Shown: positions 58,094 through 64,000 of the stretch, in pieces
How the letters are laid out: the number at the start of each line of letters is the position of its first letter
Position numbering within the stretch: the first letter of the stretch is position 1
Source of the DNA: Gemmatimonadota bacterium
Lineage (GTDB): Bacteria > Gemmatimonadota > Gemmatimonadetes > Palauibacterales > Palauibacteraceae
Direction of reading: 5' to 3'
Assembly (NCBI GenBank): GCA_958295535.1
Contig: OY282356.1
Coordinates: 810,593 to 874,592 of the forward strand
DNA length: 64,000 nucleotides
The notes under the pieces: model-generated
The model's database searches: none
Told to the model about the DNA's origin: nothing
Seen by the model: only the letters and a program-made list of their open reading frames with translations
Made by a program: the position numbers and the translations under genes

Positions 58094-58141
58094 AGCGGGT
58101 CTCGCCGGCCTCTCGCGCCGTCCTGCCCCGCTCCCGTCCGA
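58027..58141. repeat. 74-nt-period duplication spanning the DUF368 gene start
   Basis: CGCCGACCTCCCGCGCCGTCCTGCCCCGCCGCCGATCGG (58029, inside the gene) versus CGCCGGCCTCTCGCGCCGTCCTGCCCCGCTCCCGTCCGA (58103, upstream of the ATG at 58093). Confidence 0.85.
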
Positions 58142-58223
58142 CGACGCCCGCCGCTCTGCTCCCCTGCTGCCACGGCTCCGGAACGCCCGGCTCCTCCGGA
58201 CACTAAAGCAGACATCGCGGACA

Positions 58224-59036
58224 TCACGTTTCCGGCAGCCAAGACCGCATCGTTCCGAGCCGGTCTCGGTGGGTCATGTCCAGCCGCAGAGGCGTGACCG
58301 ACACGAATCCGGCTGTCACAGCCCGGTAGTCGGCGTCGTTCTCCTTCCGCCAACGTCGCTTTCCTCCTCCGATCCAGAAGTAGCGCTGTCCGTGCGGGTC
58401 CGCGCCCTGGTGCACGGAGTCCTCGTAAACGCCTCGCCCGAGCGATGTTATCTCGATGCCGCCTATCTCGTTCGCGGGACGGGATGGGAGGTTGACGTTG
58501 AGCAGAGCATCCTTCGGAAGATCGGTTCGCGCCAGGCACGCCTCGATCAGACGGCCGATCACGCCATCGTACGTGTGAAGGTGCGAGTGATCTCTGCCCG
58601 TCGACGAAAAGGCCATCGATGGAATTCCCTGGATTGCTCCCTCCATGGCGGCCGCGACCGTCCCCGAATAGAGCACATCCAGTCCGATATTTTCTCCGAG
58701 ATTGACTCCGGACAGCACCATGCGCGGCGGTGCCTCGAGAATCTTGTCGAGGGCGAGGAGCACGCAGTCCGCCGGGGTTCCATCGACGGCGAAGCGCTGG
58801 CTGCCGCTACTCCGCACCCGCAGGGGACGATGCAGCGTCAGTGCGTGGCTGCATGTGCTCTGCTGCCGGTCGGGGACCACGGTCCACCGGTCGCCCAGCC
58901 TTTCGGCCACGCATTCGAGGACCTCCAGGCCCGCGGAGTGCACGCCATCGTCGTTCGTGCATAGAAGAACCGGTTTGGTCGCGGAGGTCGCGGAGGTCGC
59001 GGGCGCCTCTCCCTCGCGCGCGACTGGCCCTGTCAA
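58224..59036 (-). CDS. surE: 5'/3'-nucleotidase SurE
   Basis: VLLCTNDDGVHSAGL...GTPADCV...SGVNLGENIGLDVLYSGTVAAAMEG. TTG 59036 overlaps the MerR stop (TTGA). The longer track ORF, open to 59450, overlaps the MerR gene out of frame. Confidence 0.85.
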   Translation of the reverse strand: MTGPVAREGEAPATSATSATKPVLLCTNDDGVHSAGLEVLECVAERLGDRWTVVPDRQQSTCSHALTLHRPLRVRSSGSQRFAVDGTPADCVLLALDKILEAPPRMVLSGVNLGENIGLDVLYSGTVAAAMEGAIQGIPSMAFSSTGRDHSHLHTYDGVIGRLIEACLARTDLPKDALLNVNLPSRPANEIGGIEITSLGRGVYEDSVHQGADPHGQRYFWIGGGKRRWRKENDADYRAVTAGFVSVTPLRLDMTHRDRLGTMRSWLPET

Positions 59037-59395
59037 TCCACCCCGCCGCTGTCGAGTATCGACACTAGGTCGTCGGCATCCCGTCGCAGGTCGGCAAGCG
59101 TTTCCCTGTCCCACGCCACGCTCGCGGCCTGCGTGATCTCCCCGCTCTCGCGCAGCTCCGCGAGTCTCCGCTTCGCTCCTTCGATGGTGTAGCGATCGGT
59201 GTGGAGGAGTTGGCGAAGCAGCTGAAGAAGCTTGATGTCCTTCGGGCGGTAGATCCGGTTCCCCGCCTTGCCCTTGCTGGGCCGCAAGACCGTGAACTGG
59301 CTTTCCCAATACCGGAGAATGTGCGGTTTCAACCCGACAATCTCGCACGCTTCTCCGATGGAGTAGTATTCCCTCTTGGCTATTCGCTCCGGCAC
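59033..59395 (-). CDS. MerR-family transcriptional regulator (no metal-binding Cys)
   Basis: N-terminal HTH YYSIGEACEIVGLKPHILRYWESQF...GNRIYRPKDIKLLQ, followed by a coiled-coil. Confidence 0.85.
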   Translation of the reverse strand: MPERIAKREYYSIGEACEIVGLKPHILRYWESQFTVLRPSKGKAGNRIYRPKDIKLLQLLRQLLHTDRYTIEGAKRRLAELRESGEITQAASVAWDRETLADLRRDADDLVSILDSGGVD

Positions 59396-59494
59396 CCTGT
59401 TTTCCTCCCCCTCCCGTTTCTAGCCGTGGCACACGGGTTCGGCCTTGCAACTCCTGCGCCGCTACCGCGCGCCGGCGCCTACGCTACGCCGGTT

Positions 59495-59640
59495 CCTGAG
59501 AGCTAGCTTCAGCCCCAGCGGCTCTGGCCTTCACCCGCCACCCTGACGAGTGAACCAATGACTTCAGTTGCTTCAGCCACCGGAGAGCCTGCTTCAGTCC
59601 CACAGTTGCTTCACCCACCGGAGAGCCTGCTTCAGCCCCA
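59495..59640. repeat. 38-nt tandem repeat, about 3.5 copies, starting in the gpsA stop region
   Basis: CAGTTGCTTCA(G/C)CCACCGGAGAGCCTGCTTCAG(T/C)CCCA at 59565 and 59603. Diverged copies at 59495-59547. The TCA (TGA on the minus strand) of the gpsA stop is repeated. Confidence 0.85.
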
Positions 59641-60645
59641 CCGCTCGGGCTTCGGCTCACGGGCCATCAGGTTCGCAAGTTCCTTGCGCGGCGAATGCCC
59701 GTCGTACACGATCCTGTAGACGCTCTCCGTGATCGGCATCTCGACGCCCAGGCTGCGGCTCAATTCGTAAGCCGCCCGGGTCGTCCACACTCCCTCGACA
59801 ACCTGTCCCGTGTGTGCGAGCGCCTCGAACTTGGAGCGTCCGGAGCCCATCGCCATGCCGAAGGATCGGTTGCGACTCAGAGGTCCGGTACATGTGAGAA
59901 CAAGATCGCCAAGTCCCGCGAGCCCGCCCAGCGTCGTCTCTGCCGCGCCCAACCTGACCGCGAGACGTACAACTTCCGCCAGCCCTCGGTTGATCAACGC
60001 CGCCCGCGCATTCGATCCCAACTCGAGCCCGTCCGAAATGCCCGCCGCCACGGCAATCACGTTCTTGAGCGCGCCGCCGAGCTCCACTCCAATCATGTCG
60101 TGTTGCGTATACACGCGGAAGTAGCCGTTTCGGAATGCCGCCTGAACCGCCAAGGCGCGCTCTTCGGCGTGGCCGGCGACCACGACCGCCGTCGGTAGCT
60201 GGCGTATCAACTCGTCCGCGAAGCTCGGACCGGACAGGACAACGGTGCGATGTCCCACATTCTCTCCCAGCGTATCGCCAACGACTTCGGACATCCGGCG
60301 GTGCGTCGCCAAGTCGATCCCCTTCGAAGTCGAAACCAGCAACTGCCTCCGTCCGATGTACGGCGCGGCCAGCTCGGCGACCTCCCGGACCGCGCGCGAA
60401 GGGCATGCGAGGACGATCAGGTCCGTGTCGTCGAGCGCCTCTCCGATATCCGAAGTTACGAAGCGCGGCTGGGCGAGTTCGAGGCCGGGCAGATAACGCT
60501 CGTTCGTGTTTTCGCTCCGCAGCTCTTCGACGTGCGCTTCGTTGCGGGCCCACAGCCGGACATCATGGCCGTTGCGTACCAGCACATCCGCCAGTGCGGT
60601 GCCCCAGCTGCCGGCTCCCAGCACGGCTACAGCCAACTTGCTCAT
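59632..60645 (-). CDS. gpsA: NAD(P)H-dependent glycerol-3-phosphate dehydrogenase
   Basis: VAVLGAGSWGTALA...SKGI...GALKNVIAVAAGISDGL..GSNARAALINRGLAE...LTCTGPLSRNR. The ATG overlaps the plsY stop (ATGA). Confidence 0.95.
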   Translation of the reverse strand: MSKLAVAVLGAGSWGTALADVLVRNGHDVRLWARNEAHVEELRSENTNERYLPGLELAQPRFVTSDIGEALDDTDLIVLACPSRAVREVAELAAPYIGRRQLLVSTSKGIDLATHRRMSEVVGDTLGENVGHRTVVLSGPSFADELIRQLPTAVVVAGHAEERALAVQAAFRNGYFRVYTQHDMIGVELGGALKNVIAVAAGISDGLELGSNARAALINRGLAEVVRLAVRLGAAETTLGGLAGLGDLVLTCTGPLSRNRSFGMAMGSGRSKFEALAHTGQVVEGVWTTRAAYELSRSLGVEMPITESVYRIVYDGHSPRKELANLMAREPKPERWG

Positions 60646-61412
60646 CTCCCGTCCTCGCCGGGTTGGGGCGCTTCTCGTCGCGGTGTGCCGGGTTGGGCCG
60701 CTCTGCCACGCCGGGACCCCTCGCGAGGCTGGGACTCTTTGGCGGGCCGGACCGCTTCTTGGCCCTGGGCGCCGGGCCGGCGAGCTTCTTCGCCACGTTC
60801 GACGTCGTCGCTCGGCGCGACCCGTCTCCGCCAGTCGACTTGAAACTCCTCCCGCCGTACGAGTCGAACGATGTTCGGGCGGTGCGTCCACCACACCGTT
60901 ATGGCGATCAGGAGGGCGTATGACACCACGGCGCGCGGTGCGGCGGCGCTGCGCGCCAGGATGGGAACCAGGCTGGCCGCCAGCAGCGAGGCGAGAGAGG
61001 CCGTCCGCGTAAGGAACAGCGTCCCGAGCCAGGTGAAGAAAGCGATCGTCACGGCCACGGGCGCCAGTGCGGTCATCGTTCCCGCTGCGGTAGCGACCCC
61101 CTTGCCACCGCTGAACTTGGTGTAGACAGGCCAGATGTGCCCGGCCGTCGCCGCGATACCGTAAACGACCGCCCACCCCCCCGTCCGTCCGTCCCAGAGC
61201 GGGAAGAACCAGACGGGAAGAAAGCCCTTGAGGAGATCTACGACCAGCACGCCGCCAGCTGGAAAAAAGCCGAGAATGCGGTAGACGTTGGTGGATCCCA
61301 AGTTGCCGCTGCCCTCCCGCCGAAGGTCGCGTCCGTACATGCGGCCCACGAGGTAGCTGGTCGGAAAAGATCCCACGAGATAGGCGGATAGCGCGAACAA
61401 CGGTGCTGTCAC
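60642..61412 (-). CDS. plsY: glycerol-3-phosphate acyltransferase PlsY, with a charged C-terminal tail of about 65 aa
   Basis: YLVGSFPTSYLVGR...GSGNLGSTNVYR...DLLKG...GHIWPVYTKFSGGKGVATAAG. GTG 61412 overlaps the der stop (GTGA). Confidence 0.9.
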   Translation of the reverse strand: MTAPLFALSAYLVGSFPTSYLVGRMYGRDLRREGSGNLGSTNVYRILGFFPAGGVLVVDLLKGFLPVWFFPLWDGRTGGWAVVYGIAATAGHIWPVYTKFSGGKGVATAAGTMTALAPVAVTIAFFTWLGTLFLTRTASLASLLAASLVPILARSAAAPRAVVSYALLIAITVWWTHRPNIVRLVRREEFQVDWRRRVAPSDDVERGEEARRPGAQGQEAVRPAKESQPREGSRRGRAAQPGTPRREAPQPGEDGR

Positions 61413-62956
61413 CGGTTCTCCGAACGCTTCTTCAGCTTGATTCTGATCGGGGAGCCTTCGAATCCCCAGGCTTCTCGAAAGCCTGCGGCGATGTATCTCA
61501 GGTAGTTCTCCTTGAGGTCGCGGGGCTGGTTCGACCATAACGCGAAGAGCGGCGGAGACGAGGCCACCTGGCTGCCGTAGAACAGGCGTACATCGCCACG
61601 CCCGCCCTGGGGCGGCTGGTGTCGCGCGACCAGCTTGCGAAGCACGCGGTTCACCTCCGCGGTGGGAATGCGCTGCGCGCGCGCCTCCCGCGCGGCTATG
61701 GCGAGGTCGATCACCTTCCGCACTCGCTGGCCCGTCTTGGCGGAGCACGTGATGGATGGCACCCAGACAAGATAGTGCGCCCGCGCTCGCAGTTCGCGTT
61801 CGAAGCTGGCCAGCGCCGACGGTCCCCTGTCCGTGGCCAGATCCCACTTGTTTGCAACGAAGACGAGACCCTTCCCGGCGTCAAGCGCCTGCTGGCCGAT
61901 GCGAAAGTCCTGATTCGCGACTCCGGCTTGCGCATCCACGAGGAGGAGGCATACATCGGCGCGCGAAATCGCCGATACGGCGCGCAGCCGCGCGAAGAAT
62001 TCGACGTCATCCGCGACTCGGGGCCGTCTCCGCAATCCCGCGGTGTCTATCAGGCGGATGCGGCGGCCTTCCTCCACATGGAACGTCGTGTCGACCGCGT
62101 CGCGAGTCGTCCCTGCCTCTTTGTCGACGATGACTCGCTCACGGCCGAGCAGGCGGTTGACGAAGCTGGATTTCCCGACGTTGGGCCGGCCCACCACCGC
62201 GATGGCAATCTCCTCGTCGCTTTCGAGCGCTGCGGGCGCTGTACCGCTCGCGGACCCGGCTGGCGCCGCCAGGGCGTCGGTCTCCTCCGGCACCGGCACG
62301 CTCTCGGCCTCCTCACGCACCGGCTCTATCCCGGCTTCCTCGTGCGGAGGCAGGTCCTCGATCCCCTCCGGCGCCGGCACGCTCTCGGCCTCCTCGCGCG
62401 CCGGCGCTATCCCGGCTTCCTCGTGCGGAGGCAGGTCCTCGATTCGTTCACGCGTCGGCACGGCGGGTAGCGCGTCGACTATCCGGTCGAGCAGGTCGCC
62501 CGACCCCTTGCCGCTCAGCGCCGACAGAGGCGTCGGCTCTCCCAGGCCGAGTTCGTAGAAGTCGAGGTGCGCCACCGCTTCCCCGAGTTCGTCAAGCTTG
62601 TTCACGGCAAGGACGACGGGACGGCCCGAGTGATGAAGCAGCTCCGCGACATAGCTGTCGACCGGATGGACTCCGTCGCGGCCGTCGGCCACGAGCACGA
62701 TAACGTCGGCGTGGCCGACCGCCACGTCGGCTTGGCGGCGCACCGCCCGGTCCAGGCGTTCATCTTGCCGCTCCTCTATACCGCCGGTATCGACCAGAAG
62801 AAAGCGCCGTCCGGCCCATTCGGCCTCCGCCCAGTGGCGGTCCCGCGTCACGCCAGGGCGTTCGGCGACGATCGCGGCCCGGCGGCCGAGGATGCGATTG
62901 AAGAGGGTCGACTTTCCGACGTTCGTACGGCCTACTATGGCGACTGTGTGGCGCAT
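61409..62956 (-). CDS. der: ribosome-associated GTPase Der (EngA), with an expanded acidic inter-domain linker
   Basis: Two G domains (GRTNVGKSTLFN...DTGG; GRPNVGKSSFVN...DTAG...NKWD) plus a KH-like C-terminus. Confidence 0.95.
   Translation of the reverse strand: MRHTVAIVGRTNVGKSTLFNRILGRRAAIVAERPGVTRDRHWAEAEWAGRRFLLVDTGGIEERQDERLDRAVRRQADVAVGHADVIVLVADGRDGVHPVDSYVAELLHHSGRPVVLAVNKLDELGEAVAHLDFYELGLGEPTPLSALSGKGSGDLLDRIVDALPAVPTRERIEDLPPHEEAGIAPAREEAESVPAPEGIEDLPPHEEAGIEPVREEAESVPVPEETDALAAPAGSASGTAPAALESDEEIAIAVVGRPNVGKSSFVNRLLGRERVIVDKEAGTTRDAVDTTFHVEEGRRIRLIDTAGLRRRPRVADDVEFFARLRAVSAISRADVCLLLVDAQAGVANQDFRIGQQALDAGKGLVFVANKWDLATDRGPSALASFERELRARAHYLVWVPSITCSAKTGQRVRKVIDLAIAAREARAQRIPTAEVNRVLRKLVARHQPPQGGRGDVRLFYGSQVASSPPLFALWSNQPRDLKENYLRYIAAGFREAWGFEGSPIRIKLKKRSENR
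62285..62446 (-). repeat. 81-nt (27-aa) in-frame tandem duplication in the Der linker
   Basis: IEDLPPHEEAGIAPAREEAESVPAPEG / IEDLPPHEEAGIEPVREEAESVPVPEE. The DNA units start at 62285 and 62366. Confidence 0.9.
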
Positions 62957-62996
62957 GCGGTGCGATGTTCGCTCTAGCTGACGACGAATGAAGCGA

Positions 62997-64000
62997 CTAC
63001 ATCCGAGACAGGATGTCGGCGAAGTCGAGAGACGGCTCCACCCGGGATCCCCCGAATTGGGACCGGAGCCCGGCTAGGCTCACGCCATCCAGGAAGAGTT
63101 CGTCATCGTTCAGCGCGTGGCTGGAAAAGAGCGCCACATCGAAGTCTCCCGCTTCCCGCAGCGCGCGGGCATGGTCCTTGCCGGAGAGCAAGCCCGCCGT
63201 TGTCACCGTAGTGCCGTAGAGCGTGTTCTCGGTAGCCAGCACAGAGATGTTCGCCCCGGTGTGCCAAGAGATCTTCTCGGCCAGCCGCGAGAGGCTGGGC
63301 GCCATTGATGTCCCGGTAACGGCGGCAACCTTGCGGCCTTCGATACGACCCATTTCACCTAACCGGTCCTCTACCCTGCCGGAGAGCGCCGAGATCGCCC
63401 CTACCCCGTTGCTCTCCAGGTCCAACCCGCCGAAATACTCGACTCCCGGCGGTTCCAGCGCCGCCTGAAGGAAGAGCTCGTCCGACCCGTAGCACCAGCC
63501 GGTTCCCCGCTCCGCCATGGCCCGTTCGCGGATCTGGCCGACGACCGCCAGCGCTTCCCGGCATTCGGATGGAGCGAGCAGACGGCCCCCCTGCCCCATG
63601 TTGTACGAAGTAAGGCCCACAGGAACGACCGAAAGCGACAATACGTTCTCGCCGCGTCCGTATAGGTCGTCTACCGTCCGCTGAAGGTGGCTGCCGTCGT
63701 TGACCCCGGGGCAGAGGACGACTTGGGCGTGCACCTCTATGCCGCCGTCGCGAAGCCGGTCCAAATCCGCGCCGATGTTGGCGCTGCGGGGGTTCTTCAG
63801 CATCGTCAGCCGGACCTCCGGCTCGGTGGCGTGCACGCTCACATACAGAGGAGAGAGCCGCTGCTCGAATATCCGGTCCCAGTCGGCGGGCCTGAGATTG
63901 GTTAGCGTGATGTAATGGCCGTGCAGGAATGAGAGCCGGTAGTCATCGTCCTTGACGTAGAGCGGCGCCCGGAGCTTCCCGCTCTTCGGATTCCCCTTCA
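62997..64000 (-). CDS. DUF512 radical-SAM-associated protein (N-terminus beyond the window end)
   Basis: The track ORF 62997..63842 continues open upstream to the window edge: ...KGNPKSGKLRAPLYVKDDDYRLSFLHGHYITLTNLRPADWDRIFEQRLSPLYVSVHATEPEVR. DDYRLSFL-x-G-x-ITLTN and SPLYVSVHAT are typical of the der-linked DUF512 family. Confidence 0.7.
   Translation of the reverse strand, partial: KGNPKSGKLRAPLYVKDDDYRLSFLHGHYITLTNLRPADWDRIFEQRLSPLYVSVHATEPEVRLTMLKNPRSANIGADLDRLRDGGIEVHAQVVLCPGVNDGSHLQRTVDDLYGRGENVLSLSVVPVGLTSYNMGQGGRLLAPSECREALAVVGQIRERAMAERGTGWCYGSDELFLQAALEPPGVEYFGGLDLESNGVGAISALSGRVEDRLGEMGRIEGRKVAAVTGTSMAPSLSRLAEKISWHTGANISVLATENTLYGTTVTTAGLLSGKDHARALREAGDFDVALFSSHALNDDELFLDGVSLAGLRSQFGGSRVEPSLDFADILSRM

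Noticed and set aside
59427-59449. TGGCAC ... TTGCA resembling a sigma-54 -24/-12 promoter
   Set aside because: The spacing between the elements is 12 nt instead of 5. It also points along the plus strand, where there is no downstream gene. Other TGGCAC occurrences (2363, 5320, 25693, 42258) lie inside genes and lack a properly spaced TTGC.
58224-59450. 408-aa version of the surE ORF
   Set aside because: The upstream 137 codons overlap the well-supported MerR gene in another frame and are Arg/Gly-rich. The conserved SurE sequence starts near 59036.

Overview
High-GC (about two-thirds G+C by eye) bacterial chromosomal segment, almost fully coding and mostly housekeeping. All family calls rest on motifs I recognise in the translations; no searches were run. 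The gene mix (lipoprotein-type LptC, large OstA-like protein, DUF5916/CBM9 outer-membrane proteins) hints at a diderm of the FCB/Gemmatimonadota-like radiation, but that is only inference.

Gene order, left to right:
- A truncated aminotransferase (minus strand).
- moaD-moaE-moaA and dcd.
- A complete 13-gene nuo operon (nuoA, B, fused CD, E-N).
- PMM/PGM, sucCD, ndk.
- rpmF-plsX-fabD-fabG-acpP-fabF, with no fabH.
- purE, ispF, a DedA protein, a XerC/D recombinase and a secreted hypothetical protein.
- A 23-kb co-directional envelope block: kdsB-pyrG-kdsA-kdsC-lptC-(giant OstA/LptA-like)-lptB-rpoN.
- That block runs directly into a glycosylation cluster: ArnC/GtrB-like GT2, GT4, ArnT/PMT-like GT-C, YfhO-like GT-C, a UPF0104 flippase-like protein and a Ppm1-like polyprenol-P-mannose synthase.
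- A Kv-type K+ channel and two tandem DUF5916 paralogs.
- A minus-strand block: DUF512 radical-SAM (truncated)-der-plsY-gpsA-MerR-surE-DUF368-YfgM-like.

No rRNA, tRNA, CRISPR array, IS element or prophage was seen.

Three signals stand out:
1. Diverged tandem duplications sit exactly on gene starts and stops at more than a dozen junctions. Their period is repeatedly 73-74 nt (five loci) or 37-38 nt (three loci).
2. One of these turns the nuoK-nuoL junction into a chain of three overlapping 27-codon mini-ORFs.
3. LptC and the LptA-like protein carry PDTA(S/T)A heptad arrays that match known bacterial O-glycosylation sequons, next to an unusually complete periplasmic glycosylation gene set that is translationally coupled to rpoN.
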